64,000 bases of DNA from a virus (IMGVR_UViG_3300045541_000131:74653-138652); one strand, 5' to 3'; counted from the stretch's first letter, positions 37,585 through 48,447 are shown. The notes: generated by a model not told the origin, from the sequence alone. Numbers and translations: made by a program.

Positions 37585-38518
37585 TATGTTTAGGTATCAG
37601 CACATCAGCAGTACACATGCACCATTCTGTGTGACAAATTGAGGGCTCGGTGGACAATGTTTCAAAATTTGATATGTCTGCAATTTTTTTAGCTTGTCTG
37701 CAAGTAGATTGCAGTATTTGTCCATAGCTGGTAATGGAAATATGATCAATGCCCATATTACAATTCCATCCAACAAAACTATTTTGTCTATTGTTTACAC
37801 ATTCCACTTCATCAAACACACGAGTATTTTCGTTGTCGCGAATTAAATTCTGACCATAGCGATTATGCTGCTTGGGGATAAAGATATTATCTTTGTAAAT
37901 TGTATTGCTGTTTTCTGCCAACCATTTTAATTGTTCTTCTGTATATTCGTAGCTAACATCAAATTTATCTACGTGGTCTCGTTTGAAAACTCTGCTAGGT
38001 GCAATGGTCACACGCGGCATGTTTTTAAATTTGTAATAAGCATTCAAAGCTTTGTCCCACAACGGTGGATACATTAATGTAAACACGCCAACATTTGTTT
38101 GTGTGCCAATATATTCTACTTTTTCAAATATTTCTTCATCTACAACTGTTTCGGGATGATAGCTTATGGTTACTTTATATGCTTTCTTTGCGTACTCTTG
38201 CCACCAATCTAAACTGCGAGTTCCATTGGTATTAACATAAGCACACCAATCATGGGCGTGGCAAAAGTCTAGTATGGGTTCCAGACTGGGACTAATTGTA
38301 GGTTCGCCGCCGTTGATAAAAATATGCACACTGCGGCCTTTTACTTGTTGATAAAGCTTATGTAAGAAATTGTCAATTATTTTTTGATCATCTTCCCTAC
38401 TGTAAATAAAATTTTGGCCGCGATGAAACATTGGCGGACAATAGCTGCAATGATAAGTGCATAAGCTGTTTAGTGTCCAGTCAACGACAAATCTATTTGT
38501 ATCATTGAATATTTTCAT
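37568..38518 (-). CDS. Radical SAM protein with C-terminal Cys cluster
   Basis: CTYHCSYC; NGGEPT; TNG; GWNC...C...C...CMC. Confidence 0.9.
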   Translation of the reverse strand: MKIFNDTNRFVVDWTLNSLCTYHCSYCPPMFHRGQNFIYSREDDQKIIDNFLHKLYQQVKGRSVHIFINGGEPTISPSLEPILDFCHAHDWCAYVNTNGTRSLDWWQEYAKKAYKVTISYHPETVVDEEIFEKVEYIGTQTNVGVFTLMYPPLWDKALNAYYKFKNMPRVTIAPSRVFKRDHVDKFDVSYEYTEEQLKWLAENSNTIYKDNIFIPKQHNRYGQNLIRDNENTRVFDEVECVNNRQNSFVGWNCNMGIDHISITSYGQILQSTCRQAKKIADISNFETLSTEPSICHTEWCMCTADVLIPKHNELSK

Positions 38519-39756
38519 TTTATATCAACTAACCAAGGGAAAGTTTGCTTCCAGTCAGTTCCGCGACGGCTGTCCATTGTAGTTAAAAACTTTTTCAAAT
38601 ATAATATGTTGTTGTATGGCTGACTACGACTATTTTCAATTTCACTGAAAATTCCTTTAGTGTATTCTTGAGCTACAGGATCATATTTGTACATAATTTT
38701 ATTAAGCTCAATCAACTCGTCAAAATATTTTGTATACGTTCCGCTTGGCATAATATGTGGATCTAAATATTTTGGATCAATACATTTGTTATAATTAACT
38801 GAAATTAAACGCTGTTTTTGCCAATGGATAACTTTTCTAACAAGATCAGCAATATAAGGAATACTCAATGCACTAACTGTCCAGTTCATGCCAGGATGCA
38901 CTTCGGGGCATTCGTAAACAAGGTAGTTCATGTTTTCTTCAAACGTTGCCAAGTCTAGACCGTATCTTACATATTCGCTGGCAGGCCCCCAACAATCAAT
39001 ACTGGCTATAATTTGTACACGCTCTACTGTGCCGGCTAATTTACGAATCTTTTCCATGTTGCGTCTAAACAACTCAGGCTTAATTTGCATATTGCTGTAT
39101 ATTTCAACGTCAACATTGGGATTGGGATGAGCAATCATCCAATCAATACAATCAAAGCATTCTGTTTGAATGAATGGTTCGCCGCCTAATATATCAAAGG
39201 CCTTTAAACTACTGTAGTTTTCTTCCATCCACTTGTAGAATTTTTCTAACCTTTGCTTGTAAGTGGCGTCTAATTCCCAGGGATCAAAGTCATAGGTCTT
39301 GCCCTGGCTGTATTTCCATTCTTCTTTGACCCAGGCGCTGCTGAGATTGGGGCCGCAGTACAAACATTTTAAGTTACATTTGTTATTAAAGTGTACACTA
39401 AGCTGAGTAGGTTTTACTCTGGTCAAGGAAGGATTTTGATACAGTTCAACGGGCACATATTTTTTATTATCAGGTCGGCTTAGAAAGTTAACTCTGTCGC
39501 TCATGCCACCAGCTAGTTCTTGGTCCCTGCAATGTTCACAGCCGCGGCCGTCACTGGGCCATTCGCCGCGCAGCATTTTTTCTCTGTGCAAAACTACAGG
39601 TGCAGTATTGTGAAAATCATAGTCATCGGGGATATCAGCATTTTGATTTCTATGACAACTGCTGCTTTTATTTTCCCAAAGATATAAGCTGACTTGACTC
39701 CATTTTTGGAGACAAACTGTTTTGCCCTGAGGCGGGAACCATTTTCCAATTTCCAT
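38515..39756 (-). CDS. Radical SAM protein
   Basis: CLQKW..SSCH..GCEHC; CNLKCLYC; GGEP. Confidence 0.9.
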   Translation of the reverse strand: MEIGKWFPPQGKTVCLQKWSQVSLYLWENKSSSCHRNQNADIPDDYDFHNTAPVVLHREKMLRGEWPSDGRGCEHCRDQELAGGMSDRVNFLSRPDNKKYVPVELYQNPSLTRVKPTQLSVHFNNKCNLKCLYCGPNLSSAWVKEEWKYSQGKTYDFDPWELDATYKQRLEKFYKWMEENYSSLKAFDILGGEPFIQTECFDCIDWMIAHPNPNVDVEIYSNMQIKPELFRRNMEKIRKLAGTVERVQIIASIDCWGPASEYVRYGLDLATFEENMNYLVYECPEVHPGMNWTVSALSIPYIADLVRKVIHWQKQRLISVNYNKCIDPKYLDPHIMPSGTYTKYFDELIELNKIMYKYDPVAQEYTKGIFSEIENSRSQPYNNILYLKKFLTTMDSRRGTDWKQTFPWLVDIK

Positions 39757-39777
39757 AGTATGTTTTATAGTGTCGAA

Positions 39778-39783
39778 TATTTA
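39778..39783 (-). promoter_or_regulatory. Late promoter TAAATA
   Basis: TAAATA in the 29-bp gap upstream of ATG 39756. Confidence 0.5.
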
Positions 39784-39785
39784 TT

Positions 39786-40958
39786 CTAACATTTGTCAAA
39801 CCAATTAATGTATTCTGGAAATACAGTTCTCCAATTTCTTTTTTTAATTAGATCCAGCTGTGTAATGGCGTGTCGGAACTTTTCGGCATTGTTAACATCA
39901 TTGAGTAAAATGCCCTGTAGATTTTTATGAAAATTTCCTTCAAACTTGTGATCTATGTTGGCTTGGCGAATATAGTTGTCCAGAGAAATTAATTCTGAAT
40001 TAAATCTCTGATCTAATATCTCGGGTCTGAAAAATTGTTGATGAGTGTAATTGTATAAAAAATTTACATTGTAATTACCAAAGTATTTGATAAAATCCAC
40101 AATCTTTACGATTGTAAACGCATTAAATGTCATCCTGATATTAGTTTTATCAGCCATGCTGTGATGTATTTTAAAGTTTTCAACAAATGTTATCCAGTTT
40201 AATCCATCACGAACATATTCGGCACGCTCTTCTAAATTTTCTATACTAAGGATAACAGTGATTTTTATTCTATCCTTAAGGCCAGACTCTTTTATGTTGT
40301 TGTAGAACTTTAGGATATTGGAACTTTTTGTGTTACCGTTTGTAGATATTCCAATGCTAATTGTATTTTCTACGTTCTTGTCCAAGAAGGCTCGGGCAAG
40401 TGTTATTACATCATCTTCAAAATTTTCAACTATAAACGGCTCGCCACCTGTAATACCAAAATCAATTGCTCTAATATTTTCAGGCAGGTCTTTAATAAAG
40501 TCTGCTATATGTTGAATAGTAATTGACGAATAGTTTTTTCTGGGTATAATACTGTAAACAGCAACCGAATCACTGTGCAGCCACTGACCTAAACTAACAA
40601 TACTTGTGCTATAGTCAGGGCTACAGTAAAAGCAGGTTTGATTACAAAGGTTGGATAATTGTAAATTTATAGTAACTAAATTTTCGTTAGCACCTAAGTT
40701 TTTATGCTGACGCCAGCTGACTGAATTTTTATTTTCTTGTCGCCAACAATCGTTGCATCTACTAGTTTGCACCCCACTAGCAAGATCCTGGCGGGCTTTA
40801 ACAGTTTCCCTGTTATTATCAAAGTATTTGTGCTGTAATCGTTGAACTTCTGATTCTTCAACTATTATCGGAATGAACTTACAGCAATGACTAAATTTGT
40901 TTTGATTAAAATTAATGTCGTATGAATTGTTTAATTCCGAGCAATATATCGAAGTCAT
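39786..40958 (-). CDS. Radical SAM protein (paralogue of 40962..42143)
   Basis: FSHCC..RCNDCW; CNQTCFYC; TGGEPF. Confidence 0.88.
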   Translation of the reverse strand: MTSIYCSELNNSYDINFNQNKFSHCCKFIPIIVEESEVQRLQHKYFDNNRETVKARQDLASGVQTSRCNDCWRQENKNSVSWRQHKNLGANENLVTINLQLSNLCNQTCFYCSPDYSTSIVSLGQWLHSDSVAVYSIIPRKNYSSITIQHIADFIKDLPENIRAIDFGITGGEPFIVENFEDDVITLARAFLDKNVENTISIGISTNGNTKSSNILKFYNNIKESGLKDRIKITVILSIENLEERAEYVRDGLNWITFVENFKIHHSMADKTNIRMTFNAFTIVKIVDFIKYFGNYNVNFLYNYTHQQFFRPEILDQRFNSELISLDNYIRQANIDHKFEGNFHKNLQGILLNDVNNAEKFRHAITQLDLIKKRNWRTVFPEYINWFDKC

Positions 40959-40961
40959 GAT

Positions 40962-42143
40962 TTATTCAATGGCATCAAACCATTCTATGTATTCAGGAAA
41001 TACTGTTCGCCAGTTTTTATTTTTAATTGTATCAATATTAGTTATCGCTCGTTTAAACAACCTTGCATTATCTTTGTCGTCTTTAATCATGTCAGGTAAG
41101 AATTTGTAAAATTGTTTTTCAAATCTATGGCCAACATCTTCTGCTGTAATATATTGATTTAACCTTTCTAATTCATAATTAAATCTTTTGTCTAATACTT
41201 CCATTCTGAGAAAATTCTGAAACGGGTAATTGTAATTAAACTTAACATTACTATAGCCCATGAAATATTTAAAAAATTCAGTAATTTTTACTACCGAAAA
41301 GGGATTCATAGTTAGTCGTATACTCGATGCATCAGCCATACTGTGATGAATTTTAAAGTTTTCTTCGAAATTGGACCAAATCAATCCATCCCTTACATAT
41401 TCTGCTCGCTCTTCAATATTTTCTAGACTAGAAACAATACCAAATGTAATTCTATGTTTTAAATTTAATTGATTAAATTTATCGTAAAAATCCATAACCT
41501 TTCCGGGTTTTGTATTAGTATTAGTTGATATTACTATGGATACTTGTCTGGCATCATTGGTAAACAAGAAGACTTTGGCCAACTCGACCATATTATCTTC
41601 AAAATCTTCTAATAGAAAAGGCTCTCCACCGGAGATGCTGAGATTTAATTGTTCGACTGATTGATCTAAATTTTTTACAAAGTCAATAACAGTTTGAAAA
41701 CTTATCGATGCTGGAGTATAATTACTTTTAGTAGTGTTTCGAACTTCTGCGGTGCTAGTATGTATCCATGATCCGTATTTGGCTATTGTGCTACTAGACT
41801 CGGGTAAACAATAAAAACAAGATTGATTACACAATGAACTTAATTGAATATTGAGATAAAGTTCATTATCTTTAATTCTGTTACTTTTAATCAAGCGCCA
41901 ACTTGGAAGATTTTTCCCTTCGTTATCCCAACAATCCTGACATCTAGGCGTTTGTATTCCATTAGCTAAGTCACTGCGGGCCCGTAAAGTTTCAGAATTT
42001 TCGTTGAAATAGCGATATCCTAAATTATTTAATTCTGAAGGACTTACTGATATTCCCTTAAATCTACAGCAATGACTAAATTGTCCGTTATGTAAACTAA
42101 TATCATAATTTCTATACAATAAATCACAACTAATAGAATCCAT
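40962..42143 (-). CDS. Radical SAM protein (paralogue of 39786..40958)
   Basis: FSHCC..RCQDCW; CNQSCFYC; SGGEPF. Confidence 0.88.
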   Translation of the reverse strand: MDSISCDLLYRNYDISLHNGQFSHCCRFKGISVSPSELNNLGYRYFNENSETLRARSDLANGIQTPRCQDCWDNEGKNLPSWRLIKSNRIKDNELYLNIQLSSLCNQSCFYCLPESSSTIAKYGSWIHTSTAEVRNTTKSNYTPASISFQTVIDFVKNLDQSVEQLNLSISGGEPFLLEDFEDNMVELAKVFLFTNDARQVSIVISTNTNTKPGKVMDFYDKFNQLNLKHRITFGIVSSLENIEERAEYVRDGLIWSNFEENFKIHHSMADASSIRLTMNPFSVVKITEFFKYFMGYSNVKFNYNYPFQNFLRMEVLDKRFNYELERLNQYITAEDVGHRFEKQFYKFLPDMIKDDKDNARLFKRAITNIDTIKNKNWRTVFPEYIEWFDAIE

Positions 42144-43318
42144 TATGAAAATTGCTCCTTGAAGGCATCGTATTTAGTTCCGCAAATTTTGGCACACATT
42201 GCGGCTTTGCCTTCGGCACAACTAGACTTGTTCCAACTGTCGGGAATTACACGCTGAAAGTAGTCGCCGTTGATAATTTGTTCAAGGCTATGATTTTTAG
42301 CATTTAAATTATCTAAACCAACTTCGTCGATAAACTTCCAAACCTGAGCACTTTTTTCTTTATAATACCAAACATACATTTGACCTGCTAGCCAACAACA
42401 AGGTTGCACTACGCCCTCGGCAGTAATGTACAAGTTCTTTTCTTTGGCCACTTTACAGTCAATTACTGCCTCGTCCCAAATGTGTTCTACTGGTTTCTTC
42501 TTAGCGGGATCAATGCTAAAGCTTTGCAGACCCTGTAAGTCAACTAGTTTGTCTACTGTAACTACGTTGTCTACTGTAATAGCCTGTGCGTTGGCAGGAT
42601 TAGCAGCAGCCTTAAGTTGATCTAGTACAGCATTACGATACTTGGGATTCGTCGGTGCTTGCAGTAAGGTAGTTAGGCCTTTGCGATTTTGTGCTTGATG
42701 CACGTCTTTCGTTTGAGCTTTTGTATTGCTGAAAAATCTTGCGGACTTTTTAAACTGAAACTTTTCAAAGCCCATATCTTTACTTAACTGTTCGGCAGCT
42801 TCAACTTGATGTTCATTATGAGCAAATACAATAAAGTCCCACCGAGCTCTGCCTCCTGCTGCAATAAAGGCTCGAACATTGTCCATGATCTTAGACCATA
42901 CAGTGCCCTGACGATACAAGTGATTAGTATCTTCTAGGCCATCTAAGCCAAACACTACATAACCCTTACGCCCAATTACTTGTGCTAGTTCTGTCCACCA
43001 TTCGGGCTTCTTCATTGAACCATTGGTATGCATACTTAAGAACAAGTCTGGATTTTGTTGCCTAAAGTAAGCAAATGCTTCTAGTGTATCTTTTGCTACA
43101 GCAGGATCGCCGTAGTTGCCACACATGTAAATGCGTTTTAGCTGCTTGACGAAATCTACTGGAAATATACGTTCAACATCGCTGATACTAAGTTCACGAT
43201 TATTAAGATGAGGATTAATGTCTCCACCATTTAAGTTCCTTGCACACATAGGACAAGAAGCATTACATGCTTCTGTCATTTCTAAATGAACGACTTCGAT
43301 GTCGTTGTAATTATACAC
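42143..43318 (-). CDS. Radical SAM protein with C-terminal SPASM/twitch-like domain
   Basis: CNASCPMC; CGNYGDP; HTNG; PCC; CAKIC. Confidence 0.9.
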   Translation of the reverse strand: MYNYNDIEVVHLEMTEACNASCPMCARNLNGGDINPHLNNRELSISDVERIFPVDFVKQLKRIYMCGNYGDPAVAKDTLEAFAYFRQQNPDLFLSMHTNGSMKKPEWWTELAQVIGRKGYVVFGLDGLEDTNHLYRQGTVWSKIMDNVRAFIAAGGRARWDFIVFAHNEHQVEAAEQLSKDMGFEKFQFKKSARFFSNTKAQTKDVHQAQNRKGLTTLLQAPTNPKYRNAVLDQLKAAANPANAQAITVDNVVTVDKLVDLQGLQSFSIDPAKKKPVEHIWDEAVIDCKVAKEKNLYITAEGVVQPCCWLAGQMYVWYYKEKSAQVWKFIDEVGLDNLNAKNHSLEQIINGDYFQRVIPDSWNKSSCAEGKAAMCAKICGTKYDAFKEQFS

Positions 43319-43988
43319 CTAACCACTCCATAAATTTAGTTTCTAACCATTTAAAGTCGTTAACTAAGTTAATATTATTGCCTGGTTGAGCAGCATATAA
43401 TTCGCCGGCCCTTGCGCCGTGAATAGAAAAATATCCGTGTTTAGATTCTAGGCCAGCATTGAGCCACATATTAAGTCTATCTAAACTTTCTTGATCGTTA
43501 TTGTTTTTGTTAATGCCGGCACTGAGTTTAACTGCTTCTCTAAATGCTGTGCGCCATGTTGCATAAGGATTATAATTAAATCTATGCTCGCTGGCTAGAA
43601 CATTTACTTTAATATAACTATCTGCTAATGTAGTAGTCATGTCTGGCCGATCTAATCGTTCAGCACTAAAACAATCTTTACTAAACAATTTGATGCCGCC
43701 ATGGCCATATACTAGACCATTCACAGGATTCTTAGCGCGAAATACTGCTACACTCTTGGGCTTTAGGTCAATGATTTTGTCAAAGTTAAAGCTATCCACT
43801 ATCCAGGAGTCGCCATCTACCACATAGAAACGATCTACTGGGCAATTTTCGGCTAGATATTTGTGACTTTCAAAAATGTTACCGGGTGCAGACACAGGCA
43901 TAGCATGCGGTACTTTGGACTTTAATTGTTCAAAATTTTGATATTTGTCAGTTTCGTCGGTGTATAAAAAGTAAACAGGTATTGTCAT
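43311..43988 (-). CDS. Glycosyltransferase-like (GT-A, DxD) protein
   Basis: FL.TDE, H..LA, FYVVDGD, NPVNGL.YG.GG.KL, WR.AFRE..KL; start moved to 43988. Confidence 0.65.
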   Translation of the reverse strand: MTIPVYFLYTDETDKYQNFEQLKSKVPHAMPVSAPGNIFESHKYLAENCPVDRFYVVDGDSWIVDSFNFDKIIDLKPKSVAVFRAKNPVNGLVYGHGGIKLFSKDCFSAERLDRPDMTTTLADSYIKVNVLASEHRFNYNPYATWRTAFREAVKLSAGINKNNNDQESLDRLNMWLNAGLESKHGYFSIHGARAGELYAAQPGNNINLVNDFKWLETKFMEWLGV

Positions 43989-43989
43989 A

Positions 43990-44997
43990 TTAATATCTAG
44001 GTAGTGTAAATCCAAATAAAGGCAATGCACTATGATTTAGCATTGCAGGCCAACCAAAGTTTTTAGGAGGATTAATGTTAACATGTTTGAACCAACGACT
44101 TTGATCAGCATCTAGTTCAACTAAAGGTAAGTTGAGTTCTTTAACTAATGCTTCCATAACTCTGTGACTGTCTTCATCGGGATCTGTAGTTAGCTCTTCG
44201 ATGTCAGCCCAATAGTTCTTAAACCAGTCATAGTCGCTGATTAGACTGTGATCAAAGTTTTCAATGTATAAGTTATAGGCACCCAGTCTTGCACCGTAAA
44301 TCGCCCAAGCACCATTTTCAACATCGCGACCTACTGTCATCCAGATGAGCCAACGAGCAAAGTTACCAGGATACATCTTGTGATTAAAGTCTTCTACTTT
44401 AACTTTATGTCCTTGATCTAGACCCATCTTAACACCTTCGCGGAATCCTGCTCTAAATGCTTGGAATGCACTGGCATTGTTCATGACAGTGCCGTAGGTG
44501 TTGTTCATTTGCTTGTAATTGTCAAAGTCCCAGCAGAAGTCTACATTGTTGTCGTTGTCGTCTTTGGTGGCTGCTTCGTGTGTACGCATACTCATGACAT
44601 AAGGAGCATACCAAAGCTTAACTCCGCCGTTGCCATAGACTAGGCCGTTGACAATATTACGACTGCTCCAGCTGAATGTTGACTTACTTTCACTTTCAGG
44701 CACTTCGATAGTCTGACGCCATATGCTAGGATCAACAAAGCAGTCGCCATCCACTGTAAAAAATCTATTGTTTTCTGCAAAACGAGCACAGGCTTTGTGA
44801 GCGGCATCTAATCCTTTGACCCCATGAACTCTGTGTACTAAGTTTTTATTAGGATGAGTGGCTTGCAGTCTTTCAAAATTAGCGTCAGCATTAGGTTCGT
44901 CGTAACTTAAGAATACTACAGGTATATCCCTAAGACGAAGATTAGTGTTAGTTAAATTATTAATATTACTGGTGTTTATAGAATTCATTAAACTCAT
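43990..44997 (-). CDS. Glycosyltransferase-like (GT-A, DxD) protein
   Basis: FLSYDEPNA, GVKG.DAAHK, TVDGD, NGL.YGNGG.K.W, FRAGFREG.K. Confidence 0.68.
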   Translation of the reverse strand: MSLMNSINTSNINNLTNTNLRLRDIPVVFLSYDEPNADANFERLQATHPNKNLVHRVHGVKGLDAAHKACARFAENNRFFTVDGDCFVDPSIWRQTIEVPESESKSTFSWSSRNIVNGLVYGNGGVKLWYAPYVMSMRTHEAATKDDNDNNVDFCWDFDNYKQMNNTYGTVMNNASAFQAFRAGFREGVKMGLDQGHKVKVEDFNHKMYPGNFARWLIWMTVGRDVENGAWAIYGARLGAYNLYIENFDHSLISDYDWFKNYWADIEELTTDPDEDSHRVMEALVKELNLPLVELDADQSRWFKHVNINPPKNFGWPAMLNHSALPLFGFTLPRY

Positions 44998-46978
44998 GTG
45001 ACATCCAATCGTAGTCGTTGATTAATTTTAATTTGTCTAGATCGTCAAAATACTTTTCGCCGTAATTGCGACCAGCAACTGCACCGCCTAATGCATAGCT
45101 ACCGTATGGGCGATCTGCACCTACTGTGGTCCATATTTCTAGTCTATTTTCAGCATCTTCTTGTTCCTTAGCGTTAGTGATGCCTTGTTTTACTTTGGCA
45201 CTTAACTTGGCACATTCTCTGAATGCACTGCGCCAAGTGCTAAACGGACCAGTGTTAAATGTATTGACATTACTAACTTTGTTCATATAAATCAGTTTGC
45301 CTAGTCCGGTAGTTAAGTCAACTTTCCATGTAGTAGCTTCTAATAACAACTTACGAGGGAATAGTTTAACGCCACCCCATCCGTACTCTAAGTCATTGAT
45401 AGGGTTGATGCTGGTCCACAAATGCACACAGTCCATATTGAACACATTGGGACGATAGTCAAACTTCCAATTATCAATAAGCTCTGCATCGCCGTCGACT
45501 ACATAGAACATGTCTGTAGTAGCCAACTCGGCAGCGGCCTTGTGCGCTTCAAAAATGCCTTTGACATTTTTAACTCGTTTAGCACTGGGACAAACTTCAA
45601 GCACACGCTGCCAATTGGCTTCGGCATTAGGCTCATTGTAGCTGATAAACACCACATCATGATTATCTAGAGCAACACCAATATAGCCCATGGTTTTAAC
45701 ACCGGCGGGCTGTTTTCTTGGTGTTATCTTAGCAGCCCAAATCTTTTCCACATCTGTGTGCAGCTCGTCTGGCAGCATCCAAACATGCTCGTAGTTCAAA
45801 TCATAGTAAGGTATTTCGTCTGTGATATAGTAGTTAAGCTTCGGAATATCTTTGTTATAGATAATCTTAGGCGACACATAGCCCATATCCTTGACACCCT
45901 GACTGTTGTTAGGCTTTAAGCGCATAGCCCAAACATGATCTAGGCCAGCACTAAACTTGGGATTGAGATACCATACCATTTCATAGTTGTAGTCAAAATC
46001 GTAGTAAGGTAAGTCAAAGTCAAAGTCAAATTCTATTTCTGGTACATCAGGATTATATTCAATCATGGGTCTTACAAAGCCCATGTCTTTGGTGCCAATG
46101 GGATTGTAAGGGGATAATCTTGCTACCCATACCTTATCGTTAGTAGGATTAAATTTATGGTCCAAATACCATACATGCTCGTAGACAAAATCCTGATAGG
46201 GCAATGACAAGTTAATGTTAAAGCCGACATGAGGAACTTCGTGATTAAATTCAATTACAGGGCCTGCTGTGCCCATTTCCTTGTAACCTGTAGCAGTGTC
46301 AGGAATAAATTTTGCTAGCCAAATTTTATTTTCTTCGTAGTCGTATTGTGAACTTGAATCATGATTGTATCGCTCGTCTAGATTCCATACTAGTTCATAA
46401 TTAAAGTCATGATGATAGTAAGGAATGTCGAACTTAAAATCATAATCAATCTTAGGTAAATCAGGATTGTAAACTAACGCAGGCTTAATATCGCCCATGT
46501 CAATAAATTCTGTTACATCAACATCAGCTGCTCGAACTCGGGCTAGCCAAATCTTGTCCGCAGTATCAACAAACTTTGGATCTACATACCAAACATGTTC
46601 GCTGTGCAAATCTTCAATCTTAATTTTATAATTGTTTATTTTTTCTCTTAGAGCTTGATTCAGGAATTTGACATCTTCGTTAAATTCAACTGTCTTTTCT
46701 ATATCTAATTCACAATGAACTAACTGCCAGCCGTGTGATTCTTTCCATGAGCTCTTAAATTTTTTCACCAGCCATAAGTTATCAATAGCCCAAACTACAC
46801 ATCCGTCGCTGTCAATTTCTGTTGGGTCAATATAGTTTAAAATCCATGGATCATACTTAGGATTAACAACGACAAACTCGTCATTACCTGACCCGAGTGC
46901 GTGAAGTCTTCGGTCAAAGTTATCGGGATCCTGTTCCCAAGTTATATTTTCTACTATGCTTTTATCTATCTTAATCAT
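44966..46978 (-). CDS. Glycosyltransferase-like protein with five N-terminal ~65-aa repeats
   Basis: C-terminal FISYNEPNA...VVDGD...WRSAFREC.KL; repeats precede it. Confidence 0.68.
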   Translation of the reverse strand: MIKIDKSIVENITWEQDPDNFDRRLHALGSGNDEFVVVNPKYDPWILNYIDPTEIDSDGCVVWAIDNLWLVKKFKSSWKESHGWQLVHCELDIEKTVEFNEDVKFLNQALREKINNYKIKIEDLHSEHVWYVDPKFVDTADKIWLARVRAADVDVTEFIDMGDIKPALVYNPDLPKIDYDFKFDIPYYHHDFNYELVWNLDERYNHDSSSQYDYEENKIWLAKFIPDTATGYKEMGTAGPVIEFNHEVPHVGFNINLSLPYQDFVYEHVWYLDHKFNPTNDKVWVARLSPYNPIGTKDMGFVRPMIEYNPDVPEIEFDFDFDLPYYDFDYNYEMVWYLNPKFSAGLDHVWAMRLKPNNSQGVKDMGYVSPKIIYNKDIPKLNYYITDEIPYYDLNYEHVWMLPDELHTDVEKIWAAKITPRKQPAGVKTMGYIGVALDNHDVVFISYNEPNAEANWQRVLEVCPSAKRVKNVKGIFEAHKAAAELATTDMFYVVDGDAELIDNWKFDYRPNVFNMDCVHLWTSINPINDLEYGWGGVKLFPRKLLLEATTWKVDLTTGLGKLIYMNKVSNVNTFNTGPFSTWRSAFRECAKLSAKVKQGITNAKEQEDAENRLEIWTTVGADRPYGSYALGGAVAGRNYGEKYFDDLDKLKLINDYDWMSHEFNEFYKHQ
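45680..46700 (-). repeat. Five tandem ~65-aa protein repeats (approximate bounds)
   Basis: Unit (Y/F)N...P......PY....YE.VW.L....K(I/V)W......G.K.MG. Confidence 0.75.
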
Positions 46979-48447
46979 GTTAATACTTGAACATTATATT
47001 TGGTGTAAAAATCCCGAGCATCGTTAAGATTATTAACCATTGGCATGCCTTTAATGTTAAGACTTGTATTCAGTAGCATAGGGCATCCAGTTAAACTATA
47101 CCAATCTTCTAGTAATTTTCTGAAACCCGGACTATCATTTTTGCCGACAGTTTGAACTCGACTAGTGCCGTCAGCATGTATTATAGCAGGAAACAGTTTG
47201 GGCTGTCTACATTTTGCCACAAACTGCATATAAGGGCTGGCATTAATATTTTTGGGCATATCAAAATATTCATGTACATGCTCTTCCAGTATAGCAGGCG
47301 CAAATGGTCTAAACTTTTGTCTGCGCTTAATGGCGTTGACAGTATCTTTAATCTCGGGGCCGCGTGGATCTGCCAATAGACTACGATGCCCTAATGCTCT
47401 TGGTCCAAACTCTGCTCGACCAGACGCTATGCCAACAATTTTTTCTTTTTGCAAAACTTCAATGGTTCTGTCAACAGGATAATTGCTGCCTAAATCGTAA
47501 CCTAAATATGGGCCAGGCCAAGCAACATGTTCGCCAAAGTAAGCACAGACAGCACCGATGCTACTGCCAGCATCACCGGGATTAGGCATGATCCAAACAT
47601 TATCCCAGTCTCCAGTTATTTCACTGTTGGCTACACAGTTAAGAGCACAGCCTCCCATGACGATTAAATTCTTGCTGGACAATCTTGCTTGGACCCATGT
47701 GCTAATACCTTGTAGCAGTTCTGTGTATATTTGCTGTGTGGCTGCGGCAATGTCGTAGATATCTTGCTGCCGCAGCAAATCTAAGCGCCAGTCTGGGCAA
47801 CCTTTGTGTAAATTGCGTTTGAATTTAATATTAGGACCAGCTATCTTCTTAAAGAAGTCTTCATATATTGCTGCCTTAAGTCTATTAGGATCACCGTAAG
47901 CGGCCATGCCCATTAGAATATATTCTTCTTCGTTGGGCTTTAGGCCACAGCGTTGTGTCATAGCACTAAACCAAAGTCCTACGCTGTGGGGATAACTTTG
48001 ACTGTAATACTTTGTTAAGTTATTGCCTCGGCCTTGCCAAACTGTTAGCGTTTCAAATTCACCAATACTGTCGATACAAACTACCGTAGCATCTGAAAAT
48101 CCACTAGTGTAATAGCCGGCAGCAGCGTGGCTTTCGTGATGTCGTTGTATTTTTAGCGGAGCATATAAACTGTATTGATGTAAATATGACTTAATGTCGT
48201 TTTCTTTTTTCAGCCAACCTTGGCCAGCAGTAAATTGCCGTAGAGTTTTAAGAAATGGACTTTCATACCAAACGATCAAATCCGGGCGACCGAATTGTTC
48301 GGCGTCCCTTATAAGGCCTTGGCACAAATGGCCGTCATTCTTGATGCCGCTGTAACGTTCGCTATGTGCTGCAAATTTTAATTCTTTATCATGCCAAACG
48401 CTAACGGCAGCATCATGACTGTTGGCACTTATTCCCCAAATGTTCAT
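46975..48447 (-). CDS. O-carbamoyltransferase (NodU/CmcH/TobZ family)
   Basis: HDAA, ER....KND, HH.SHAA, MG.A.YG, GG.ALNC..N, PGDAG, EFGPRALG.RS, RPFAP, H.DGTSR.Q, NTSLN. Confidence 0.95.
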   Translation of the reverse strand: MNIWGISANSHDAAVSVWHDKELKFAAHSERYSGIKNDGHLCQGLIRDAEQFGRPDLIVWYESPFLKTLRQFTAGQGWLKKENDIKSYLHQYSLYAPLKIQRHHESHAAAGYYTSGFSDATVVCIDSIGEFETLTVWQGRGNNLTKYYSQSYPHSVGLWFSAMTQRCGLKPNEEEYILMGMAAYGDPNRLKAAIYEDFFKKIAGPNIKFKRNLHKGCPDWRLDLLRQQDIYDIAAATQQIYTELLQGISTWVQARLSSKNLIVMGGCALNCVANSEITGDWDNVWIMPNPGDAGSSIGAVCAYFGEHVAWPGPYLGYDLGSNYPVDRTIEVLQKEKIVGIASGRAEFGPRALGHRSLLADPRGPEIKDTVNAIKRRQKFRPFAPAILEEHVHEYFDMPKNINASPYMQFVAKCRQPKLFPAIIHADGTSRVQTVGKNDSPGFRKLLEDWYSLTGCPMLLNTSLNIKGMPMVNNLNDARDFYTKYNVQVLT

